In this document: one piece after another, positions 14,091 to 25,379 of the stretch
Layout of the letters: every line of letters starts with the position of its first letter
How positions within the stretch are numbered: position 1 is the stretch's first letter
Assembly: GCF_964188315.1 (NCBI RefSeq)
Contig: NC_135656.1
Span: 62,868,001-62,932,000 of the forward strand
Length of the DNA stretch: 64,000 bases
Source: Podarcis muralis
Lineage: Eukaryota
Direction: 5' to 3'
Made by a program: the position numbers and the translations under genes
Notes under the pieces: model-generated
Told to the model about the DNA's origin: nothing
Seen by the model: the letters and a program-made list of their open reading frames with translations, nothing else
Database searches by the model: none

Positions 14091-14477
14091 CATAGATTTC
14101 AATTCTACAATGGAAGGGATCATGAGGATCATCTAGTCCAACCCCCTACAATGCAGGAATATGAAGCTGTCCCATGTGGGGATTGAACCTGCAACCATGG
14201 TTATCAGCAGTAGCATGTGGTCAGTTGACTAGGGGAACTAGGTTAGTCCCTTAAATGTCCCGAGTAAATTAAAATATTAAAGTCTGTCACCTCATTCCCA
14301 AAGCCCAGGAAGCTTTTGCCCAGCTTGGGGGGGGGGGTGGATGTGATGGCCACGTGCACGACGTCACCCTGCCCCCTCCATCGCCCTCACAAGCGGGTGC
14401 CTCTGGCCCTGATGAAAAATGTCACTGCACACCAGTGGTTATCAGCACTATGCTCTAACCACATGAGCTATCCAGTG
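14091..14477 (-). mobile_element. tRNA-derived SINE with CR1-type 3' tail, interrupted by a nested insertion
   Basis: Minus strand: CTGGATAGCTCATGTGGTTAGAGCATAGTGCTGATAAC[insert]CATGGTTGCAGGTTCAATCCCCACATGGGAC, then CCTGCATTGTAGGGGGTTGGACTAGATGATCCTC (CR1 tail). Confidence 0.7.
14208..14437. mobile_element. hAT-type MITE nested in the SINE
   Basis: 8-bp duplication GTTATCAG at 14200-14207 and 14438-14445; removing the insert restores the SINE head; weak CAG/CAC-starting inverted termini. Confidence 0.6.
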
Positions 14478-14793
14478 GTATTTTTAAATCTTATAATAAC
14501 AGGTCTTTGTTGCATAGCATTGTATTTCAGTGCTTATATTGATGTGCCTATGCCTTCATTAAGGACAGACTAAAAATGCGTTAATAACATAATGCATATG
14601 TTCAGCCACGAGCAACACAGTAAATCAGTAAATAATTTTACTTATTTATGTGGAATCGCAGTCTGGAACAATCTTTAAACCTGAACATGTTTTTCTCAGC
14701 ACAACCCAAGGCTGAGAGGTTAATCCAACTGAATCCAATGGTGCTTACCTCCCATATAGAAGATTGTAGCCTCATTAAAGCAAAAGATATGAC

Positions 14794-15528
14794 CAGTGCC
14801 GGATTTGCATATAAGCTAAACAAGCTATAGCTTAGGGCCCCACACTCTTGGGCCCCCACCCCAAGAAATTTAAAGGGGGGGGGAACTGGATGTACATATC
14901 CTAAATATGAGATAAAAAACAAACAAAATAAAACCTACATACAGCAACAGTGTTTTGTGTTGTGTAGGCTCCTATGATGTAAGTAATGGGCCCCGCCTGC
15001 TAGCCTGCTCCCTAAAATATCACTGGTTTGCTCATTTCTATATATAGGGTGCCTACATTCTGCTATTTATAATTATTAGTAGTTTGCATCATATATTTAC
15101 ACCTATTATTTCATATTATAGCAAGTTTCTAGAGACTAGATTATGAGTCTTTGAAAATTGTGTTTCTAAAGGAACTTTTGTTATTGCCCAATGCCAATGT
15201 GTTTGCATGATTGTTTGTTATGAATAAAAAATCATTTTAAGTTAGAGCTTAATAGTTATTTCACCATTAATATATTTCTTCTTAATTGTATTTCACTATT
15301 AACATACTACTTAATTGTATTTCAGTTCAACAATTACTTCGATAAAATACATATTTTGTTATGTGCAAATGGCTTTAGATACCTATTAGGTCCATAAATT
15401 ACCATATATAGCATATATTCAACACAAAAAACAGCGACAATTTGTTGCTGACAAAAGACAGCTGGACTTCTAAAGGGCCCCATTAGCTTCAGTAGCTTAG
15501 GGCCTCATCAAACCTAAATCCGACCCTG
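14794..15528. mobile_element. Non-autonomous hAT DNA transposon
   Basis: TIRs CAGTGCCGGATTT / AAATCCGACCCTG; near-perfect 8-bp TSD GATATGAC (14786-14793) / GATCTGAC (15529-15536); AT-rich interior. Confidence 0.75.
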
Positions 15529-15899
15529 GATCTGACCTCCTTTAACAATCACTATGCGAACATGACCTGAGCATTCTGTTACTGCCACTGTAGAGAGCTT
15601 TGAAATAAAGAAACCCTTCAGTTAATTCAACAAAACAGGGGCAATAAACCCCTCAGCTATAAATCGCGTTTGTTATCCAGCACTATGGAGTGTGTGACAG
15701 GTTCCCTGTTGATAACTCCAAAGGAGATACACACAGCGCACAGGTGCGTTTGTGAAACCTTGCACCAGCCACTTGTGCCTGCGTCCTGTTGTGAACGTTG
15801 CAAAGGACTCCTCTCACGGAACACAGAACCCACCAGGCACTGGGAGAAACGGGGTCTCAACTTTTACAGAACTTCAACCCCTGACACCTCCCCGCTTTA

Positions 15900-16580
15900 G
15901 GGAGCGGGGTCTCCGTTCTTAAGGTGGGCTGACCTTATTTTCATTTGCTTTTCCAGGACCGGAGTTCTGGGGCACAAGGAACCGTGGAAGAGGAGGCGCA
16001 CCATTTGGTCGCCCCCCTCCCAAGAAAACACCACAAGCCCGTTGCTAAGCATCCATCCCCTCCGACTTTAAGCGTAAAGCATCCCTTCTATCCCCACAGG
16101 GACAAGGAAGGGGGGGCATTTCTTTCCCCGTAGGAAAGGAGAAAGGAGGCTGGCTTGGGGTAATGGGTGCCCCGATCCTACCTGCGGGAGATCCTGCGAC
16201 AGGGACCCAATCAGCTCCCGGATCTAGTGGGCTCTGAGCCGCGGGCATCTCCCCTTTCCCCCCGCCCTCCCCCTCGCGCTCCGCTTCCTCTCTCTCTCTC
16301 TCTCCTGAGGAAGGAAGCGTGAGTCAGAAGGACCGCCCCTCTGGAATTTCCCCGGCGCGTGATTGATAAGCCGAGCGGCTAATCAGCGAGCTGCTTCCTC
16401 CCAACCGCCCCCGCGCGCACGGACGGCGTCTCGAAAAACCTCAAGAGAGCGAAGGGAGCCGCCAGCCCAAGAAAGGAAGCGGCGGGGCGAGGGGAAAGCC
16501 CGCGCGGGCGAGCTTAGCTGGCATCGCCGACCAGGGCAACTGCTAGGCAGGTCGCTTTCTAGCCTGATCCCGTAGGTTGC
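15900..16580 (-). promoter_or_regulatory. CpG-island promoter, probably of TNIP1 (by synteny)
   Basis: Dense CpG and GC content; GC boxes (CCCGCCC at about 16261); AP-1 TGAGTCA at 16320-16326; kB site GGGGAAATTCC (minus) at 16343-16353. In human, TNIP1 is the next minus-strand gene downstream of ANXA6. No coding exon confirms the identity. Confidence 0.7.
16182..16300 (-). other. Candidate first exon (mostly 5' UTR) of the TNIP1-like gene; 5' boundary approximate
   Basis: Minus-strand donor CCCGCAG|GTAGGA at 16182/16181 just downstream of the promoter motifs. Confidence 0.45.
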
Positions 16581-16924
16581 TGACTTAGGAGTGGAACGGG
16601 CTTTCTCTTATATTTGACTTTCTTATGCAATGTTTTCTTCTGGATTTTTTATTTTATTTTTGGATGTTTTAATGCAGGTTGTAAACTGCTTTGTGATTCC
16701 CCCCCCCCTTAAAAATAGAAACGGTGCGGAAATAAATAATAATAATTAATGAGCAAGCTGTGCAATTGCCTGTCCTTCCCCCAGGTGGTGGTCGGGGGAT
16801 TCGATGGAAGCTCTCTATATAAAATAGTCCGTTTCCTTTTTAAAAACAAAGCTTTCCTTGGCCCAGTGAAAGAAGTCTTGAGATTTTTCTTCGATTTTTT
16901 TAGAGGAATTGCAGAGCAAGAGGG

Positions 16925-17165
16925 CCACCACTCGTTGCCGAGTAAGCTGCTATAAACACAGTTTTAACAGTGAGTCCATAAGTTCTAGATCCTCACGTCC
17001 TTCCACAGTGGGGTCATAGGTTTCCAGGCGGGAGTTGATCACAATGAGGGTTTGCCAAACGTGCCTTCCTCTTAGCGTGTTTCTCGCTTTTTTCCTGAGT
17101 TCGAGCGTCTTCAAAGCCCATGACACCTTTGGTAAAGACTGTTCTCGCAGACCAGTGTTTCCCAG
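16925..17165 (-). mobile_element. RTE-clade LINE 3' fragment
   Basis: Minus strand translates to ...FTKGVMGFEDART...ANPHCDQLPPGNL*PHCGRT*GSR, a degenerate C-terminal CCHH finger of RTE ORFs. Confidence 0.7.
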
Positions 17166-18248
17166 TTGTCAGTGTTTATACTACACTAGTGGCTAAAAAT
17201 GAACTCAAGTAAGCTTCCAGATTCCACAGGATCCCTCCTCCAAAACGAGCATGAAATAAAATGGGGGTGCCCTTGGGGGGGGGGGGTGAGCCTTGCTGCA
17301 AGGGTATTTATCTAGGCCTATAACAGGTGTAATAAGCTGGTTCTTACAGGCTTGGCAGGGCTGCCTTTCCATGCTGTCAACTAAACAGTGCCCCAGACAC
17401 ACTTTATCTTTGGAGCAAGGTTTTCATTAGCCCCGGTCCAAAAGCAGCATTGCAACCAGATGTAGCTGGGGGTGGGGCGGGGCGTAGATGATCTGCTGGC
17501 CATTGTCTCTTTTTTAAAAAAAATCTGCCTGGCCGCAGAGAGAAGGGAGCTTCTGCACATTTAAGAGTTGCATAGAAGAAGGAATTTTGGCAGTGCTGCT
17601 TTATCATGTGGTGCAGGGATTGGGAAAGTGGTGTCCAAAGAACTTTCCTCATTTGCACAACCTGTTGGAGGTGCAGGAGCCCTGCCCTCTGCATGGCATC
17701 TGGTCACCTGAGGAGCACCCAGCTTCTAAATTATATGCATGGATGAGAGAGAAGTCATGAAAAATGGTGGTGAGAAATGGGGCGTGGTTCTCGTGTTGGG
17801 TTTTTGAAAAACGGTATAGTACTTATATTAGAAAATCAACCTCAGAACTGTATAGCAAGCAGCTTTTTCTCATACATACACAACCTGGTCAATGGAAATA
17901 GCAGGAGGAAGAGGAGTCGGTCCTCTTGGCCAAGAACTGCTGTCAGTTCTTCTCTGCCATTTGGATCCTCTTTTCCTCTCAGAGCAGGAGATGTTGCTTA
18001 TCATTAATAATGTTCAGTGCTGGATTGATGCTGGTGTGGGTAGGTTCCCTGCACAATTCTTTTACCCTTCCCTTCTTGCCAGAGTGCAGGACATATCATA
18101 GCAATCTTAAAACGATATACAAATATCATAAAACAGTAACAGAAATTCTGACCGGTAGCAAACTTTAAAATACAATTCAGAGGATAATAAATTATACTGA
18201 AAAGTGTAGGCAACTACTGCTGAGCTGAATATATTTTATGTTAACATT

Positions 18249-18380
18249 TGTTGTTGTTGTTTAGTTGTTTAGTCGTGTCCGACTCTTCGTGACCCCATGG
18301 ACCAGAACACGCCAGGCACTCCTGTCTTCCACTGCCTCACGCAGTTTGGTCAGACTCATGTTTGTAGCTTCGAGAACACC
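18249..18380 (-). mobile_element. 5'-truncated BovB (RTE) LINE 3' end
   Basis: Minus strand CAGTGGAAGACAGGAGTGCCTGGCGTGTTCTGGTCCATGGGGTCACGAAGAGTCGGACACGACTAAACAACTAAACAACAACAAC; 9-bp TSD GTTAACATT at 18240-18248 and 18381-18389. Confidence 0.9.
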
Positions 18381-18814
18381 GTTAACATTACGAATGTGAA
18401 AAGACAACCAAATCTCAGTCAGGAAGGACAGTGCTATAGGTGAGGGACATTACCAAGAAGCTTGATGTAGGATTTTGACTACCTTCCACCAATGGCTGCA
18501 TGAAGAGGGCAGATCTTAAAAGCATGGGCTGGAAGCTATGCAGGTAGGTCAAGCTCCTGTTTGGGGAGCCTTCAACCATGAGACATGAATTAATGAGTTC
18601 CTCTTGCACTTCTCAGAGCCAAGAGTGTTTTTTAGACCCACCAGTAAATCTCTTCTCATCTCTTCCTTTTATTCCAACCCAGTGATTATCAAGATTCTCT
18701 TTTTACTCCCCATGCTTGTGCCATAGGAAAAGTAGACAAAAAACCCCTTCTCTTTAGCTGACCAGCTGGCCAGTTTGACATCACCAAGGCTGCTCAAATA
18801 AACATTGGTTTGTT

Positions 18815-18975
18815 CATAGAATCACAGAATCACAGAACTGTAGAGTCGGAAGGTACCCCGATGGTCACCTACAATGCAGGAATCTCAACTAAAGCATCCA
18901 TGAGAGACGGACACCCAACCTTTGCTTTAAAACCTCAAATGAAGGACATTTCACCACCTTCCAGATAGTCTGTTC
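18815..18975 (-). mobile_element. CR1 LINE 3' end
   Basis: CATAGAATCACAGAATCACAGAACTGTAGAGTCGGAAGG octamer-repeat tail of CR1 on the reverse strand. Confidence 0.7.
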
Positions 18976-21099
18976 TATAAACATGGACTCTCATATGATG
19001 TGTTTCCTATACTAGGTCAGAGGCACAGAACCAACAGTATACGTTCTTCTAGCTCACGAGCTGGGAGTGGGGAGCCAGCAGGGAGCAGAGAGAGATGTCA
19101 GCTTCTTGTGATCAAATTCTGAGCTATATACCACAAGCTACGTAACCCCCTCCCAAACTCCCACAATGTCCAAAATAAGGAGTTAAAATGTCTTCTTTGA
19201 CTACTCACTCAGATAAGTAAGAGAGGGGGGTCCAAAAGATCCTTTCGGGGTGCTTTAATCGAATGTGAGGAAGAAGGCACGCCTAAGCTTACTTTTAGCT
19301 TAGGAGATGGGGAATTCCCCAGCGGAGGCCATAGACAGCTCTTCTTCGGTGGTTTTTGAAGAGGATCCAAAAGTAATTTAAAGGGCTCCCCTCTAGCCCA
19401 GAGGGGTATGCTGAAGTACGTCACCATTCAGTGAATAATTCACTGAGGAAAAATGTGATTCAGTTTTGGAAAGACTATTATTCCATGCCACATTCCTTAA
19501 AGGGCTACGTATTCTAACCACAAAGCTGTTTTGTTGTTCCTGGGGAAAGTCTGCATGATTGATAGGCCTCTGTAACCAGGTATTCCAAATCCTTTGGAAT
19601 ATAGAAATAACTACCATTTTAAATTTGTTAACATTACAATGCGACACGGGAGATCCATGACTGAGGGTGCATCCAGACTGCAAATATTTGAGGGGTGAGA
19701 TTCAATCACATGCCAGCAAATCCAGGTTTCTCCGTTACAGCTGATAGGGAGGTCTTACACACAAAAAAGCCCCACTTCCCCCAAAGACCAGACTTTGTGA
19801 TAAGGAAAGTGATGGGGAAATGCCCTAGACAGTGTGGGATAATGCCATCAAGCCTCCCAGTGGAGAAAATAGGGGAAGGATTTATGTCATGGAAATGGCA
19901 GGAAGAGAAAGGATCAAACCCTTCCTCAGGGCCGCTAATCAAAAGCCTGTTGCTGCTTTAAAAAAGAAGTTCAGAGATCCAGTCGCAGATGAGTCCAAGC
20001 CACAAGCATTTGTGGGCCTGAGGCTCCAGGGTTGCCACCTGACCTGTAGTCTGCCGTCATTCCATGTGGCTGACAGATGGCAATTGGGAAAAATGGAAAT
20101 CCATGAAATGAAGGGTCATAAAAAATGGGTGCTAGGAAGGGTGGAAAAAGGAAGGGGGGAAATCCCATTTGTCCCCCACCCCTTTGCATCTCTGGTCTTA
20201 GAGGAGGCTTCTCATAATTAAATGATTTTTCTGCTGTTACAGTCTTTGGCCTCTGTCAAATCACAGCAAATATAGTCTTTGTTTTCTGTGAGAAAAGTAG
20301 GGACATTGGCTCGGCATTCAACTCACATAACCAGGATCTACCTTTTGCAGCCAGTGTCTGAAGATTAAGCTTAGGAGCAGTGCTGGTAGAGTGTAGACAG
20401 CAACCCAGGTATGTTCAGATCTCCTGGGGAAGCTTGATCCTCCACATGTGGTTGGACTGCAGCTCCCATCAGCTCCCCAGACAGCATGGCTAATAGGTCC
20501 AACAACTTCAAGAGGTTCCACCTCTTTGCTTTACAGCACAAAGTCTGCTGGTGGATAACACAGCAGTATTGCTTTATAGCTAGGGTGGCCATGTGTGTCA
20601 ACCTTTACAGGTGGCACTGCTCTCTTTGAAAGGGCTATCAGGAAATCAGTCTTTGAAATCATTCTCTGTTTGAAGGGCTGGCCTACTGAAGTCTATTTTT
20701 AAAAAGCATATAAGAAGGGAGAGCAGGAGCCTTGAAGATGCTCATCAATGGTTAGCACCTGGACAGCAAATTGAAAAGGCAGATAGGCCGCTTTTCTATT
20801 TAAATTACGGAAATGTTTTCTAAATGTGCAAGTGCACATATGAAGTAGCATGTGCAGATTTGTGTCTATTTTTGTCCTCATTTTGGGGTACGTGTGCCTT
20901 CTTTGACACTGCAACGCAGGCCACACTATATATGCACAATCCAGAGTAAACTTCTTTTCAGCAGTGAACATATTGCAGAGGTATTTCTGTGTGCATGTCA
21001 GTTTTCCACACACATGTGCACGTATACCACGTTGCTACAGATGCTTCCAGCCTCTGAGAAATTATTAGCTGGACAGATTTACCCACAAATGCCTGTCTT

Positions 21100-21740
21100 C
21101 TTTTTCTTTTTTAAAAATTTGTTTATTTGGTTTTTCAGATTAAAATTTTACAGTCACATGTCCAACATACAACATTAAAACAAGATCCCAAGGAATCTCT
21201 TGGACTTTCCTTCTCCCCTTTGTGCATCCTGTTATTAATAATTTCCTCTCGCATCTTTCATAATAATCCAAATCTTTTATCTCTCCATTGTATCCAAAAT
21301 TCACCATTAAACTACAAGTGGTATTCCAGTCCTACTAAGGATTTTAACTGTTTACAATGGTCTTTAAAATAAGTTATAAATTTTCCCCATTGCTTATTAA
21401 AATTTTGGTCTTTCTGATTCTTCCAGTCGTTTTAGCCATTTCAGCATAACCCATCAACTTGATCTGCCATTCTTCTCTGGTAGGGACTTTATCTTCCTTC
21501 CATCTCTGGGCCAATAACATCTGCGCAACCTGGTTTTTTATGATCTCTTGGGATTTTGGCACCTAGAATTCCTAAAAAGAAAGCTTCAGGTTTTTTAGGA
21601 AATGTTATTTTAAACATTTTTTCAACTCATCATATATCATTTCCCAAAATTCTTTTACTGCCTTACATTTCCACCACATATGATAAAAGGTGCCTTCTCC
21701 TGTCTTCTTTTTCAGCTTTCTCTCCCAGATTAAGAAAGGT
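21100..21740 (-). mobile_element. L1-clade LINE, ORF2 C-terminus and 3' UTR
   Basis: Minus strand encodes GTFYHMWWKC...FW and LLAQRWKEDKVPTREEWQIKLMGYAEMAK; AATAAA and an A-rich tail at about 21100-21127. Confidence 0.85.
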
Positions 21741-22220
21741 CAGACAGGAACACAAATAGCACAAGGGAGACCTAAAGGTGGTTTTAGCGTCATATAGAAA
21801 AATGTCCTTGGGACCAACCTTACTTACATATGCCTTTACCAGGGCAATGGTCTATACAGGGCAATGTTTACAGGACACCACTCACAACACCCAGCCCTTT
21901 TACCAATCCATTGTGTGGTATGCAGAAGCCTTGGTGTACCCCTGAGTGGCAGGGGGACAACAATGAAGGCAGTGGCACCCACTCTGCTTTAGCTCAGCAG
22001 TACCCACCCCCCCAATGCTGAAAACTAAAATTCAGCCCCAGCCAGCATGGTCATGGATGATGTAGATTTACAACATACGGAGGGCCTACACTGGCTACCC
22101 ACACCTTTCTATGCATTCAGACATGGGCATTATTACATTAGCTTTCCTGGTTATAATGCTAGCACTTCTGTCCTGGTTGCTAACATTCCTTCTATTCCGC
22201 ATTATGGAATTGTGGCTTTT

Positions 22221-22712
22221 TGATGAACATGCTGCCTTGTCCTGCTAAGCTTCATTTGCCACCAACGGCACAGCAGCAGATGCCATTGGACATGACTCCT
22301 CCTCTCCAGGGCTTCTTACAAGGAACTGGAGACTGTGCCTGTGTGCAGCCCATCTTTGCTGCACTCATCTCATTCCTCTCCTGCTCCTGGGAATTAGGGG
22401 GAGGGGACTTTGTTGTGACAGGAGGTGGAGACACCCATGCATCTTTACTAGCCTGGCTCATCTCTGCCTCTTGGTCTCCCTCCCTCCCACTCTTCTGCTT
22501 CAGCTTCCCTGCCTCTGGTTCTGGACTTCTCTCGGTCATAGACTTTCCTAACTCACTGAGCCCTGTTACCCCTTCAGATTCTGACACCTCCTCTTCCCAC
22601 TCTTCCCCCTCTCATTGTTGTCCCATCACCACTCCTTGGACTCTGAAGTTTCTTTTGTGGTTCCCCAGCTGCTTCCACCCACCACTCCTCTGTGTCCAAC
22701 CAGTTCATGACA
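22221..22712 (-). mobile_element. Probable solo-LTR-like interspersed repeat
   Basis: Starts TGTCATGAACTGGTTGGACACAGAGGAGTGGTGGG on the minus strand with a purine-rich body; resembles a repeat recalled from lacertid genomes. No TSD found and the left boundary is uncertain. Explains the spurious 203-aa and 111-aa ORFs. Confidence 0.4.
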
Positions 22713-23790
22713 GCTGTGGTATACAGCCCCCAATTTCATCACATGGCATGATCCATGGAAACGGGGGCAATTACTGGGCAAAACTCCAGGCAAACAGATC
22801 TTTTTCTTTTCTTTTCTGGAAGCAGTTCTGAGCACTAAACTTCCACTAGATTCCCAGAAGTGGCTTTTACGTTGCGGGAAAGATCACATAAAATACAAAA
22901 TTATTGGATAAGGAAACAATGGGGAAATGGAATAAAGTGCAGTCTGAATGCAGCCTTGCAACTTCTCTATGGTGCCAGAGGCAGATTGGAAACACCAGTT
23001 GTTGGACACACACACACACACCACAGCAGGCCAGATTGGGTGAATGCTCTGATGTAACCAGCACAGAGCTCTCAGTTATCTGGTCTGTCAGAATTAACCG
23101 AGACCTGTTCCTGGTAGGTTATAAGGAAGCACTGAGGCGTGTGTCTAGCTCTGTCTCTGAAAGCAGTGGGGGAAAGCTACGTTGTTTGACCTTTTCATTG
23201 GCTCCTATTTCTCAATGTCAGACAGTGTTGTGCCTAACAGCTCTGAGGTAAAAGGAGCAGGCAGGAAGAACAGGGCAATGTGTGCACTTCAGGTGGCAGG
23301 TCAAGACGCCGCCACATTCCACTTACCTATCAAGGTGGTGCATACTGCTGAAACATAAAATGGCACAATGCTTTCTGGGTGACCTAGGGCTGCTCACTGT
23401 CTCTTAGCCTAACCTGCATCACAGGATCGTCGTCGTAAGGATAAAATGGAGACAGGGAGAATCATATCTGCCCCCTTGGGTTTCTTGAAGGAAAAGGCAG
23501 GATATAAATGTAATGGTGAATTAAATAAAACGCAAAATATAAGATTAAAATATATGATTGTAAAAGGAAAATTTTACTCCCTTCAAAATGGTGCAGTTCA
23601 TTACAAATATAGGTTTTCATCCTCAGTTGCCTCATGTGAAGGATGAAGGATGCAGATCCCTGATGTATTCCAAAGTACTTTATTTCAAACCTATGTCTTT
23701 GCTTACAATTGTCATTTTCTTCTGAGTTTTGTCCATTCCTACTTTACTCAAACTTTTATAACCACCACTTTCCCCCTCTCAGTGTTTCTC

Positions 23791-23855
23791 CCTTCTCAAT
23801 CTCATGCCTTCTCAATCTCCCTTCTCCCTTCTCAATCTCCCTTCTCAATCTCATG
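23791..23855. repeat. Degenerate pyrimidine-rich tandem repeat, unit about CCTTCTCAATCTC
   Basis: Four to five imperfect copies visible directly. Confidence 0.8.
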
Positions 23856-25306
23856 CAGGTTATACTCACTGCTGTAGTATAACCTGCCTTCGCATTTGCT
23901 CCCCAATTCCGCCCTGACTTTATGCAACTCCAGGATTGTGATGTGGCACTAGAAATCCTCCAATGGGGCTTGCGTGATGACAGTCTTACATTTTTATTAT
24001 ATATAGGGAGAAATTCAGAACTCAAAAGGTGGCACAAATTTGCCATAATGCTATCACCACCACTATGGAATGAAGCATTAACATCCTTCGTAATCAGTTT
24101 GATTTTGGAAAGAAAAGCTGTCTTCTGCGCAACAGGATGGATGTTAGGTAACTAAAAAGGGGCTGAACCCACAAAGTCAAGAAGGAAGCTGTTTGCACTG
24201 CCTGCCAGTTCACATCAGGAGTGGGTTTTGTTTACCCCTTCAGTTTGCTCTGTTTGGTTGCTCTGGTCTGAAAGAAAGCAGTGAAACAAAATGATGACGC
24301 CTTCTGAGCCTAGGGAGGAAGTTTTGGTCAAGAGAAGGGGATTTCCAGAACACAGAGATATGCAAATCATGTACTTGGGTTAACCTGAGTGCATTCTGAA
24401 CAGGCCCAATACAACTGATTCTTGTGAACTTATAGAAGGTGGTCTAGTGGCCCAGGGGAATGAAAAGAGTACCACTGAGGTAGGCGAAAGCAGTATTAGA
24501 AGTCCAAGGAAGGAGAAGAATGGGGAAATCAGAACCTAAAGCACTAAAGGCAACATCACTACCAGACCCACTTGAGAGGAACCATCTATGCAAAAGCTTA
24601 TGGCTACCACAGATGAACCATTCCATTTGGGCATTTCTGCAGGAAACCTTACTCACATTTTCTGGAGAAACATAGGCCTTGAGAAAATTCATCAGCTCCC
24701 AAACCCTCAATACTTGCACAGTCAGGCATAGAGGCTTGTGTTGCCATCATGACATCGTGGGGACATAGCTGGGTGGCAGAAAATGGTCCCCATTTCAACC
24801 ACTGACATTTCCAGGTAAAAGTGTTTCAGACAGCAGAACTGGACAAGGCATCTATCTGCCAAATATCTCATGGAATTATTGCCAACTGGAGCAGATAGGA
24901 ATAGCCTGATTCAGTATAAGCCAGCTCTCTATTGCAATGTCTCCCTATAGTATCATGCTGTTTTTTAAAATTGCACAGGTTTAGTTACTGATTAGGACAC
25001 CCCATGCTCAACTTAAGGAAGGGGTATGGAACTTAATGGATGGGGGTCTGATTTGGCCCACCATGACTTCCCCTAGCCACGCCTTCTGTCCTCAGGCACC
25101 ATCCCTCACTGGCTTTGCATCTCAACTTCTTTTACTGTATTTATTAGGACAGGATGTGGGGAGGTTCTACACCCCGATTTAGGGCCTATTAAAATGTTTA
25201 TCAATCTGCATGGTATAGGCCTGAAAGGCTTGCAGATGATGACCCACAAGCAGTGCATGGCAAGCCAATTGAGTGCGCCTGTTTTGTATGCAAAATGGGT
25301 GAAAGA

Positions 25307-25379
25307 TTCCTGCATTGCAGAGGTTTGAACTAGATGATCCTTGTGGTCTCTTCCAGCTCAACTATTCTATGACTCTATG
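25307..25379 (+). mobile_element. CR1-type 3' tail
   Basis: CCTGCATTGCAGAGGTTTGAACTAGATGATCCTTGTGGTCTCTTCCAGCTCAACTATTCTATGACTCTATG. Confidence 0.6.

Noticed and set aside
1-16000. Search for TNIP1 coding exons (MEG-GPYRIYDPGG and following)
   Set aside because: None found by eye; the TNIP1 symbol is therefore not assigned and rests on synteny only.
19282-19304. Hairpin CCTAAGCT-N7-AGCTTAGG
   Set aside because: An 8-bp stem is expected by chance in 64 kb and is too short for a pre-miRNA.
22220-22831. Longest ORF in the track (203 aa) and the overlapping 111-aa minus-strand ORF
   Set aside because: Both lie within a purine/pyrimidine-skewed interspersed repeat; no recognisable domain or splice structure.
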